The notes beneath the pieces were generated by a model that saw nothing but the letters and a program-made list of their open reading frames with translations, was not told the DNA's origin and made no database searches. A stretch of DNA of 62,000 nucleotides, taken from positions 144,001 through 206,000 of the forward strand of contig NW_008806277.1 in assembly GCF_000400465.1 (NCBI RefSeq). The letters run 5' to 3'. Shown here piece by piece: positions 22,855 through 34,823 of the stretch. A program made the translations under genes and the position numbers. The first letter of the stretch is position 1. Every line of letters begins with the position of its first letter. The DNA is from Wallemia ichthyophaga EXF-994 (taxonomy: Eukaryota; Fungi; Basidiomycota).

Positions 22855-25800
22855 ATGTCGATGCACAAGGATAGATTTGAGGCTATTAGAGATGGCAGGG
22901 ATATTGACAATCCTGTCATTTCTAATGTGCTGGGAAGTGCCAACCCTTCAACCACCTTGAAATCCCTCCACCTCCAATCCAACCAAAGGATTTCAACTAA
23001 ATTTCTAACTTGCCCTTCAAATTTAATAGCCTGGTCTATTAACGGGGAGTATCTATTTATTGCCAATGAATCCTCTATTGATATCTTTAACCACTCCACT
23101 TTAATCCATTCCATCAACAACGCACACAACTCAAAGATCACCTCCATTCAAACACTCCACTACGATCCACACAAGATTATCACCGCTGGCTTAGACGGTG
23201 CTATCATCCTCTGGGATATCCTTGAATCCACTCCCATCAAGCACATCACCTACCACTCCCCAATCACTCACCTACTCGTCCACCAGAATTCCTCCGGCAG
23301 ACGCCAATCTACCATATTTATCACCCTAAACAAGCTGGCTGCCAGGTCCAAGGCCGCCGACGGCTCTGATCGTCCCCCTGTCATCAATTCCATCTACTAC
23401 AAGCTCATTTGGCCCCACTCGGCTTCTTCCAACTCTAAACTCCATTCCACTCTCCTCGGCCAATCCCGCCCTCCTACTTCCATCTCAGTCGATGACAACC
23501 TCCTCATCGCCCAGTGCGCCAGGAAGACCAATGTCTCACACCACAACGTGCATTCCTCCCACAGGAACGCTTTTGTTAAATTTATAAGTGGTGAAAAGCA
23601 CAATTTGTGTACTGTCGATCCTTTGAAGCAGTTTTTTGTCACCTCGGAAGCAAATTCCGGTAAAATTCACCTCTGGCCCTACAACAAGCTAGATGAGATG
23701 AAGGCGATGAAACCACAGACGGCGCCAGACTGGCACGGAGGGTACCAGAACAACTGTCCGACCGAGATTCTTCACTGGCACGCCAACGCTGTCCGAGCGC
23801 TTACATTCACCCCTCAAGGCTCTTTCCTCCTCTCTGGCGGTGAAGAGGGAGTACTGGTTCGCTGGCACATCCGTCAGCAAGGGGGGAGGTTAACGAAGCG
23901 CGACTATCTCCCTCGTCTTGGCGCTCCTATCGTCTCCATCACCTGCCACGACGAATCGCGCTGGGTGGTCGGGCTCGCTGATTCCACCAAGCTCTTCGTT
24001 GACGGTGCGCAATGGCGCGTAGAGCATGCTATACGTGGCGTACTTGTACCAAATGTGGACACAAGCTCTGATACTCCCCTTACCGTCACTCCCTCTCCTC
24101 ACAACGTCATCCTCCCCTCCTCGAACCCCGCCGTGCTGCAGGTGTACGATATGGCGTCGAATAGCACAAACGAGCTTGAGGTCTCCCCTACTAATAGGAT
24201 TCAGGGTAGATATGCTGATGGTGATGCTCCGCGCGTTCTCCAGGCCATTACTGCGAGTGGGTGGCTCGCGACGCGCGATGAAGCTGCCGTTAAAATTTGG
24301 CAAGTCGTTGATGGACGTTACACGCTCAACACTCGCATTGATAAGCCGCACGGGGGCTATGCTGTGACTGGAATTGCCTGGAGTGGGAGTGGGAGTGGGA
24401 GCGTCAGTGAAAGTAACACCAACACACCACCCACCCTCGCCACCGTCGGCACCGACCGTAAATGTCGTCTATGGCTTGCCGAGCCGCTCGAGCATCGTCC
24501 GCGAGCTTTGGGAAAGATCAAGAGTGTAATCCGGGAAGGCCAAGGTGAGTGGGGTGTTTTAGATGCGTGCAGAGCTTATCACTTACTTGCCCATGCGTAA
24601 CCACACAGTCTCATACTCTCTTTTCGCCACTGTGCACTACAAAGATGAATGTATCAAACAGATACTCTTCTCACCCGACAGCTCACTCATGGTGCTCGTC
24701 CATGAAGGAGCTCTATCGCTGTGGGATCCTACAGCCGTGCATAGTGGTCGTAATGCCCCGTCTTTCCTTAAAGTACTCCCAGGTGAAGGCCTCGCACTTG
24801 ACGAGGCTGTCTTTGCAGGTGCTAGCCATATCGCTGTGCGCGCTACGGCTGGTAAGAGAGATGCCAGTCATGGTGTGTGTGTGGTGTACGATTTGACTAG
24901 TTGTGAATGTGAGTTGGATTTGGATTACAAGTTGGAGTTAGCGGTTTCACTCATTCTAACACATTCATACTCACAGGTATCTACTCCCACTCATTCGTCT
25001 ACTCCACTCCGCAAATACTCGCTCATCCTTCCCTCCCCGCCTTCGCTGTTATGTCAGGTGCTACACGCCCACGCATGCATAGCGAGCACGATTCTGCGGC
25101 ACTCGAGCGCGAGAAAGTGATCAGTAGAAGTGCAGTATGTACGCAAATGACGACGTTTAGTGTGGGCGTCGGTGAGGGTGTTGTTAAACGACACGTTGCA
25201 GAATTCGATAACACCTACTTTAAGTATGCCGTCTTGCCTGAAGAGGTGGTGAGCAATTTGACCAACAACCACAACACTGACAAAGACACCAACACACACA
25301 CACACTCACCAGCATTCAACCTCATCGGCCTCGCTACCACTCACGACCAGGGCACGCGCGGTGAGCGCGACTCCTCCACACCGGCGCTGGGTAGTAGGGG
25401 AGCAGTGCTGATTGGTGCGGATGCAGCCAAGATGGATCTGCGTAGGGGAGATGGTGGATCTAAAGACAAGAAAAAGACACCAACGAGCAGCATGTTCGAA
25501 GAAATCTTTGGCCGTTTCGATGAACATGTCTTGCAGGCTGAGAAGAGGGCAGCGGGTGAATCTGACGCTGACACACACGCAAATACCTTGGTCAGCTCCT
25601 CTAACACCCCCTCTAACTCAGTCAAACACCTCTTTGACGGCCCTGCTCACCTCCTTCCTGGACCGCAGATGATGTATGGAGACTTTTTGAGCACGTGCCT
25701 GCCCAAACGTGCGCGGGACGGCGGCGACAGCGATACTGCCACATCCACCTCTGTACTGTGGGATGCGCATGGGATGGACAGTGAAAGCAAAGAGGGAGTT

Positions 25801-25917
25801 GATGTGGATATGCACACGGGTAATCAAGCTACCAACACTCATCCACCACCTTCCAACCGCCAGATCGGAAGCGCGGAGGTAAAAGCGATGAGTGAAATGT
25901 TCAAGGAGGTTGTATAG
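22855..25917 (+). CDS. UTP17: SSU processome t-UTP WD40 protein Utp17/Nan1 (WDR75)
   Basis: The signature ILHWHANAVRALTFT..GSFLLSGGEEGVLVRW...YLPRLGAPI, multiple WD repeats, and ORFs 22846-24600, 24563-25120 and 25051-25917 linked by introns. Confidence 0.85.
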
Positions 25918-26025
25918 AGTGTCAGATAAGTTAAACTTGTGAATTAAATGAATAAAAATGTATAGATGCTGGTAAATTATTCGATTACCTTGAATATTCC
26001 TTGTCTTCTCACTGTCATCGTCATC

Positions 26026-27987
26026 ATGGCCAATACGACTCACGACGATCTCGCCACTAAGCTGCTGACGCTTATCAACGTCTCTGCTAGTCGCTCAGAC
26101 ACTCCCAAGCGCATACGTTTAGATGCCCCCGCGGGTGAAAAACTCGGTAAGAAGAAGAGATTATCCACTGGCAGCGAAGGCGATGCACAGCAAGTGGATG
26201 CAGAGCTAGCAAGTGAGGACATGGATAAAGATAACAGCCTTGAAAATGCACCTGAGAATCCCCCCGATAATGCACCCGACGACGACGACGACGAAGAGAG
26301 CAAAGACACCCTCTACACGCACTTCGGCGTCTCACCTACAAGACTCACCGATGAGAATATCTCCAAAGCTACAGAGAAGCAGTGGTCCTTGAAGCACTCC
26401 ACCAACACCCTAGGCAGGTGCACTGAGTACTGCGTCGATGACACAGGCAAGGACAACCAGAATGTTTTTGTCAGTCCCAAGTTTGCTAATAAGGGCGACA
26501 CACACCTCCTCAACCTCCTCGGCAGCTACAAGGATGTCTTTGCGAACCACCTCAGCCATTCTGAGAACGAGAGCATGCGCGGTTCCCTGACGCTGCATAT
26601 GCACAACCATCTCCTCAGGTGGGTGATATTCGATACGTCTTAACTCAGCTAATCTCCCCCAAGAACTCGCCGTCGTGTGCTCAAGAACAATGAGAAACTT
26701 GCGCACTTCCATGCACAAGAGAACGATAAACAAGACCCACAAGACCAGCAAGATGCTCCCGAATGCCTCGACCAAGGATTCACCCGTCCAAAAGTCCTCA
26801 TCCTCACCCCTTTCCGCAACACGGCGCTTGCTTGGCTCAAGGACCTCATAGCACACTCCCCAACTTCCCAGACAGACAACAAAGCGAGACTTTTCCAGGA
26901 GTTCTCCCTGCCTAAAGATGCAATTGACAAGATCGCCCAAGCACCTCCAGGCACCTACCCAGAAGACCATGTGAAAACTTTCGTCGGAAACATTGACGAT
27001 AATTTTAAAATTGGTTTGAAACTCACACGTAAGTCGTTCAAGCCGTATGCGGATTTTTACTCTTCGGATATCATCCTCGCTTCTCCACTAGGTCTGAAGC
27101 TGGCGATGGAGAAGACGAGCGACACGGACTACCTGTCGTCGATAGAGATGGTTGTTGGTGATCAGCTGGATGTAATAGCGATGCAGAACTGGCAACATCT
27201 CACGGATATCTTTGCCTCCCTCAACGCCATCCCGAGAGATGGTCATGGGTGCGATTTCGCTAGAGTCAAACCGTGGTATCTCGACAATAAAGCCAAGTTC
27301 CTTCGTCAGTCTGTTTTCTTGTCGGCTTATGAAATACCAGAAATGCGCAGCTTGTTTGGTAGACATTGTCATAACGTAGAGGGGAAAGTGCGCACTGAGA
27401 CACGCTACGGAGGTGTCTTAGGTGGAGTTAGTGGTGGTATAAAGCAATCATTCTACAGATTTGACGTAGATTCTCTCCTAGATGAACCTGATAATCGTTT
27501 TGCAATGTTCATCAACAAATCCCTTCCCGCTTTGCAAAAGTCGGCAGTATCGTCCTCTCACACACTTGTCTTCGTAAGCTCCTACTTTGATTTCGTGCGC
27601 GTGCGCAACCATCTCAAGGCGACTGGTGTCAATTACGCTGCTTTGAGTGAATACTCAACTAACAAGGAGATATCACGTGTGCGTGGTGCTTTCTTTAGGA
27701 ATGAAGTCTCTTTCCTCCTCCTCACTGAACGGTTTCACTTCTTTAGACGGTACAGAATCAGAGGTGCGTTGACATCCTTCTTCTACAGCCTCCCGGACCA
27801 TGCTGCGTTTTATCCAGAGATTGTCAATATGGGACTCGACGAGAGCAAGGGAATCGATGAGAGTGATTTGCAGTCTATCGCTCTATACTCTAACTCTGAT
27901 TTTCTCAAGTTGCAGCGCATCGTTGGTTCTACTGACGCTGCTTTGATGGTTAAGCAGGGTACGGATGATAGATATTCGTATAATTAG
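26026..27987 (+). CDS. UTP25: U3 snoRNA-associated protein Utp25 (DUF1253)
   Basis: Motifs DQGFTRPKVLILTPFRN, GNIDDNFKIG, FYSSDIILASPLGL, DYLSSIE and LLLTERFHFFRRYRIRG. Confidence 0.95.
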
Positions 27988-28050
27988 ATTATGTACAGGC
28001 TATTATTTATCGTATAGACTAATATTCATTTTATACTTTTACTATTTAAA

Positions 28051-28634
28051 TTACTCCATATATCCCTCCAAAACCCTCTCAATATGCGTATAGAGAAGAC
28101 CATCTGTGATATCATGCAATTGCTCCGGTGAGAGATTAGAAAGGACATATCTAGCAACATCGCGCTTATCACCTGGTCTACCAATACCAATTCGTAGTCT
28201 ATCAAAGTCGAGGGATTGTTTGAGATACTGTGAGAGTGATTTGATGCCGTTATGACCGTTGGCCGATCCGCCATGTTTGATGGAGAGCTGTTAACAGTTT
28301 GTGAGTGTGTGCGTATATGTATTCTCACCACACTACGCACCTTCCCCCATTCCCGCTGCAGGTCATCATGCAAGACGAGTACACGGCGTGCGTTGACATG
28401 CTCGCAGTAGCGTGCCAGGCTTTTTCCACAGACGTTCATCAGCTGGTGGCTGTATATGAGGTCTGTGTGGCTGTTTATATGCGTGTAGCTGACTCCGTGC
28501 TTGGTGTTGCTGTTCCACTGCAGATGTCGCCGCTGGGCTAAGTGCTTAAGGACGAGCTGGCCCACTGAGTGGAATGTGCGCGGGTGCGTCGCATTGCCTA
28601 AGCCTGCAATTACGGTTTTCTCGGCTGTGGGCAT
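28051..28634 (-). CDS. PTH1: Peptidyl-tRNA hydrolase, bacterial-type Pth1
   Basis: Motifs IAGLGN..HPRTFHSVG and LVLHDDL. After one intron come GGSANGHNGIKS and RLRIGIGRP. Confidence 0.88.
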
Positions 28635-28669
28635 ATTCACCGTCTTCACCGCCAACACCCACCACCAAT

Positions 28670-30536
28670 ATGGCAGCGCTCGATGCTGACTTTATAAGAT
28701 TTGACGGGAGCGACGGGAGCGACGAGGAGATCAGCGGGAATAAGAGGACTTATGAAGATGTGGAGGGTGGTGTCGGCAATTCAGCCACTCCAGCGACCAC
28801 TTCCACCACTTGCACACCTTCCAAACACCCAAAAGGCGAAAATGGGAAATCTAGGAAAGAAATCGAAAAACAGCGTTCAAAGAAAGCGCCCTGGATGGCA
28901 GACGTTGATTGGGAAGGCTGTCGAACAGCACCAGAGATGTGAGTTTCAAGTTGAAGTTTTTCAGGTTGAAACTCACCACTTACATCACTCCCACTCCCCC
29001 AGGCTACACAGAGAAGTAGACGCTTTCACTCGCTTTATCAGCCCTTCGGTTATCGAACACAAGACACGCGAGTACACCATAGAGTGCATACGCAGGTGCA
29101 TCACCTCTAGATGGTCCGATGCCCATGTCTTTGCTTTCGGCAGCTTCGAAACTCGTCTCTACCTCCCCGATGGCGATATAGATCTTGTCGTTATGCGCAA
29201 ATCAGTCAACCAATACAACAAACAGTCAATGCTACACACCATGGCCAGTATTCTCCGCCAAGCAAACCTCGCACAGAGTATACAAGTCATTTCTAAAGCC
29301 AGAGTGCCTATTATTAAGTTCCAGTCATCATTCGGTGGTTATCCCATTGATATCTCACTTAATCAGACAAACGGTGTGGATGCGGGGAGGATGGTGAACG
29401 ATATCCTCGACAAGTACCCCGCTGCTAGACCCCTTTCCATTCTCCTCAAATGCTTCCTCGCTCAACGCAGCATGAACGAGGTCTATACCGGCGGCGTCAG
29501 CTCGTATGCTGTCATATGTCTCGTCGTCAGCTTTTTACAGATGCATCCTAAAGTGAGGCGAGGTGACATCGACCCTCTCAACAATCTCGGTGTACTTATT
29601 GTCGATCTGCTCGAACTTTATGGAAGGAATTTTAACTACGATAACACCGGCATCGCTATTGAGGGATCTGGCTACTACTTCTCCAAGTCAAGTAGAGGTT
29701 GGCATCAGTATGGCCAGCCGTACCTCCTTTGCATACAGGATCCACAGGATGTCGGCAATGACATCAGCAAAGGCTCGTTCAATATACTCAACGTGCGCAA
29801 GGTGATCGCCGGTGCATACGATATGCTCACCAATAAACTTTACGCTCAGGCAAGTGAAATTGACGCTAAGAAGACCGGCCGCCATCTCAGTCTTAGAGAT
29901 GAAGTGGAAGTGAAGGATGAAGAGAAGAGTTTGCTGTTGAGTTTTATGGGTATTTCTCAACTCGTGCTGAATAAGAGGAGAGTTACAATTGATCTCTATC
30001 AGAAGGGTATCCTCCAGCGCTATCTGAATCTACCACCCCCTGAAAAAGACGTGGATTTGAGCGTGAAGAGCGTGCCGAATAGAGTGTCGAATGGAACTAG
30101 TGCGGTAAATGATAGTAGCCCAATTAAACCCAAACATAAGGTATTCCCTGAGGACGACGAGGGTGAAGGTGACAACAGCGTAATTGACATACTCGATAAG
30201 GATAGAGAGGATGATGACTCGCGCTATTTACACGTACAAGCCAGTAGATCGGGATCTAACAAGCGTCCGCGCAGCAAAATCAGTAAGACGGATAAAGCAC
30301 CGACGTCTCAACTCCATTTCGTTGATTCATCGGAAGACTCCGATGTGGAGATTGTAGAGAAGACAGATAAACAGGCAGGCACACGTGGCACGCGGGAGCA
30401 AAGCAAGCAAACCAAAAAAAGTCAACCAGAACGACCAGTGAAAAAACAGAGACGTGAATCAAACGAACAAAGAAACTCAAGGTACGAGTACTGGGGGAAA
30501 AAAGGCAAGTCTATAGATATATCAGACAGTAACTAG
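28670..30536 (+). CDS. TRF4: TRAMP non-canonical poly(A) polymerase Trf4/5
   Basis: Motifs FGSFETRLYLPDGDIDLV, KARVPIIKF, RSMNEVYTGGVSSY and LCIQDPQDVGNDISKGSF. Spliced start MAALDADFI. Confidence 0.93.
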
Positions 30537-30646
30537 GCTTGTGATATAGATATTGTTATTTATCTTTATATTTATATTTGTTGTAAAAATTATTATCTTT
30601 CGTTCATCCCGCACGACATTCAACCATACGACGCCAAGTGTGTTGT

Positions 30647-32364
30647 ATGCTAAATAGGGCCTGTAGACTTATACTACGAATGAGCACGTCACCCGCATAC
30701 AAGAAACAGAAAGTTGAAGTTGCATTGGAGAAGCCGGAGATAGCAACGGCAGCAACGCCGGCAATATCGCCAGCAACAACGCAAATAACCCAACAGCCAA
30801 ACCACCCACCAAATAAACCCCCTAAAAAGGACAAGGCTGTAAAACAACAGGAGAAATACACAAAGCTTCAGCGCAAAGCCAAGAAGCAGGCAGTCGCATC
30901 CGGTGGACCTGAGGAAAATATATTTCTCGATGTCAAAGCAATGCTTGGTGAAAGCGTGGTAGATGAGCTCATAAAGAGCGATCAGTGTTTAGATGGTGGC
31001 TTTGAATTCGGTACGCAGCTACAGGTTGAAATTTCCTCAATCTCAAGCTCAGGCGATGGATTAGCTATCGTACCAGAAAATAATTGGGTTATTGCCGTTC
31101 CATTCTGTCTCCCAGGAGAGAAGGTACTCGCTAGAGTATACAGAAACTCATTCTGTCACTCATACGCTGATCTTGTTAGTGTACTCGATAAGAGGGAGAG
31201 CTGGAGAGACGAATCGAATATCAGCTGCAAGTATTTCGGCAGCTGCTCTGGATGTCAGTATCAAATGATTCCTTACCAGAGACAGCTCCTACTCAAACAA
31301 CGCGTCGTTGAAAAGGCTTACCAGAGGTTCTCACAACTTCCTTCACCCGCCATACCGACTATACTGCCTACAATCGCATCACCCAAGCAATACAATTACA
31401 GAACAAAGATTACTCCACATTTTCAAGCTGCCCCGAAAAGCGCTGGTAATGATTTTAATCCAGATATTGGTTTCGATATGAAAGGTCGTCGTGTAACACT
31501 GGATATCGAGGAGTGCCCTATCGCTACTGAAACTCTCAATGTAGGTATGCAACCTGCGAGAGCTAAAGTGAAGGAAACGATAAAGTCTTACAAAAGAGGA
31601 GCTACGTTGTTGTTGCGTGATTCTATGACACGTCCTGAAAATGCTGCGGATGCTACAAAAACTGATATCCCACCCGCTGATATGAGCACAATCAACCCCG
31701 ACGATAGAGAGTGTATTACGGATCACAAGCGCATCACGAGGGAGATTGTCGGCGACAAGTTGTTTGAATTCACTGCTGGCTCTTTCTTCCAGAACAACTC
31801 TAGCATACTCGTGCCCCTCACGCAGTACGTGTTGGATGCACTCCCGGAGAAAGGAGAGGAACCGATGTACCTAGTCGATACGTACTGTGGAGCCGGTCTG
31901 TTTTCTATATGTCTACATGAACGGTTTGATAAGGTTGCCGGTATTGAGATTTCGCAGCAATCAATACAATACGCCAAGCATAACGTCAAGTTGAATGGAC
32001 TAGATGAAAACAAGATTTCATTCAGGGTTGGAAAATCGGAAGCTATTTTTGACGTCGTGGGTGATTTACCACCTGCTAACACATCAGTCATTATCGATCC
32101 ACCTCGTAAAGGATGTGACGATGCTTTCATAACTCAGCTGAAAGACTTCAAACCTCATCGCGTCGTTTATGTGTCGTGTAACGTTCACACACAGGCTAGG
32201 GATGTGGGTAAATTGTGCGGTGATGATGGCCCATATTCCATTGAGAGTTTGAGAGGGTGCGTGGGGTATTTAATGGCTGCTCTTTCTCATAATAACTATA
32301 CAGATTTGATCTTTTCCCTCAAACAAGTCATGTCGAGGGTGTTGCCGTTCTTAAGCTCAAGTAG
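30647..32364 (+). CDS. TRM2: tRNA (uracil-5-)-methyltransferase Trm2
   Basis: TRAM domain with PFCLPGEKV, CKYFGSCSGCQYQ, YRTKITPHF, FFQNN, LVDTYCGAGLF, IIDPPRKGC and YVSCN. The last exon gives FDLFPQTSHVE. Confidence 0.95.
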
Positions 32365-32555
32365 ATTGTAATACCATTGCACAGCACACGGAAGCATACG
32401 ACTAGCGCTTATTTATTGAAAAAAAGAGTGACAATAGTTTGATATACTGAACTTAGTGAGAGAATAGCTGGTCCTGGACTTGTGGTAAAAGAGTGATTGC
32501 TGCTACCATCCTGCAGCAGACAAAGACAATCAAAGCAGGTTGCTCAACTTGAACG

Positions 32556-33026
32556 TTATGCTGGAGTCCAAGTCAAGTCACACAAACCCTGAGCCATATT
32601 CCCATTGGTGAGTTCGCTGAAGAGACCTCTGCTCAAGTCGATCTGGTTGTCTTGGCAGGTAGGGCCTGAAGGGGGAAGTTAGAAGCTGTGCGCGCATCAA
32701 GCTACCAACCCACACAAATCTACAGCAGTCGCGTCCATCACTTTTCCAGTGTTGGTGTTGGTCACCGTGTAGTGCTTCCAGCAGTTGGCACCACCTGCGT
32801 AATGGGCGGTTGGGAGAGCAATGACCATGTCCGATGGCTGCGACCACGCACCACACGCGCCTAGGCCGACAGCGAAGAAGGATCCAATGCCGTTAACGAG
32901 CCCGCGTTGTGAAATTTCGTGCACCTCTGCATCCGTCTTTGCGACGGGTGCTGCAGTGGCCAGGCAGAGGATTGCGGAGAGCGAGAGGAGTGCCATGTGT
33001 ATGATGTGTGCTTGTGAGATGTTCAT
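32556..33026 (-). CDS. Secreted RlpA-like double-psi beta-barrel (loosenin/expansin-like) protein
   Basis: Signal peptide, then GSFFAVGLGACG, MVIAL, NCWK.YTVTN and VDLC|PTC..NQIDLSRGLF...LTW. One intron. Confidence 0.85.
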
Positions 33027-33638
33027 GTTGTGTAGTATTGTGCAAAGAGTGTGGTGGCTGCTCAGCAGTGTTTGTATTGTGTTTGTTGTGTGTGGTGGCA
33101 GAAGTCGAAAAAGCACCGCCAGCTTATATAAAACTCAGGCGTGTTCTCGACTACAGGCACATATGTCACCACGCGCGAACGCTGTGACATTCCTGTCTGA
33201 ACTTTCTAGCTGAGCACGAGATAAAAGACAAAAGACCGAGATCGAAATAAGATGTTTGGAGTGTAGATGGATGTACCAGTACTTACATTCACTGATTTAT
33301 GCATTTGATAAGCGTGTGTCCACTCTCCCTAGCCGTTGAAATGGACCGTGCGTCTGAGCCAGGAAAGCAACGGATGGAGGAATAAAGAGGGACTTGTATT
33401 TCAATGAGCACACAAAATAACCTACTCTACTCAAACTGCAGAAACATGCATTCTGAAAGATGTACTTGAAAAATATCAGGCTTTAGAGAAGAATAAGCAG
33501 CAGCGAGAGCCAAACCAACAACCACACTCCCACATAAAAACAGAAACGCCTTGAATAAAATTTATATTTCAACTCGAATTCTGCTGCCTACCCGCCTACC
33601 TCACTCAACCCCGAACGACAAAACCTTTATACCTAAAA

Positions 33639-34707
33639 ATGTCGCTTGATGTCGGAGACGTTGACGCGTGGATAGACACTTTATCGCAGTGTAAACAACT
33701 ATCAGAATCTGACGTTAAATTGCTTTGTGACAAGGTGGGCGTCCTGCCAACACACACAGCAATTTCTAAGCAGATACACAGGCCAGAGAAATCCTTATCG
33801 AAGAGTCTAACGTACAGCCCGTTAGATGCCCAGTCACTGTCTGTGGTGATATCCACGGCCAATTCGTGCGTGTACCGCTTCCGTAGTCGTCTAGTCCCGC
33901 TTATCGACGTCTAGCACGATTTAATCGAGTTGTTTAGAATCGGTGGCAATTCCCCTTCCACTAACTATCTTTTCATGGGCGATTACGTTGATAGAGGTTA
34001 CTACTCAGTGGAGACAGTCACCCTCCTCGTTGCTTTGAAACTCCGCTATAGAGAGAGAATCACTATCTTGCGCGGTAATCACGAGTCAAGACAGATTACT
34101 CAGGTCTATGGCTTCTACGATGAGTGTCTCAGGAAATATGGAAACGCAAATGTTTGGAAATTCTTCACCGATCTATTTGATTACCTCCCACTCACCGCTT
34201 TGATTGATAACCAGATCTTCTGTCTCCACGGCGGTCTATCCCCTTCAATTGACACCCTCGACCACATACGCTCCATTGACCGCATCCAAGAAGTTCCTCA
34301 CGAGGGCCCGATGTGTGACCTCCTCTGGTCCGATCCAGACGACCGCTGTGGCTGGGGTATCTCCCCTCGTGGTGCTGGTTATACTTTCGGCCAAGACATT
34401 TCTGAAGCTTTTAACCATTCAAACGGCCTCACCCTCGTAGCACGTGCTCACCAACTCGTCATGGAAGGTTACAACTGGTCCCAAGACAGAAACGTCGTCA
34501 CTTTGTTCTCTGCACCAAATTACTGTTATAGATGTGGTAACCAAGCTGCGATTATGGAGATTGATGAGAATCTCAAGTACACTTTCTTACAATTTGACCC
34601 AGCACCAAGAGCTGGTGAACCAATGGTGTCTCGAAGAGTTCCGGACTACGTGAGTTGAGTGTCTTTCGTCTCACTTTCATGCTGACTCTCTCTTGCAGTT
34701 CTTATAG
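33639..34707 (+). CDS. PPH21: Protein phosphatase 2A catalytic subunit
   Basis: Motifs [21 protein letters not shown] and [11 protein letters not shown]. The C-terminus is RRVPDY|FL*. Confidence 0.95.
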
Positions 34708-34823
34708 GCTATTACTCACTGTATTTATGTTTGCACTGGGTATTTTACTTGTACAATGTGTAACTACGAAGAAAATGTAACGACGAAAACAATATCAACA
34801 GTTCATATATTATTAGCGATATA

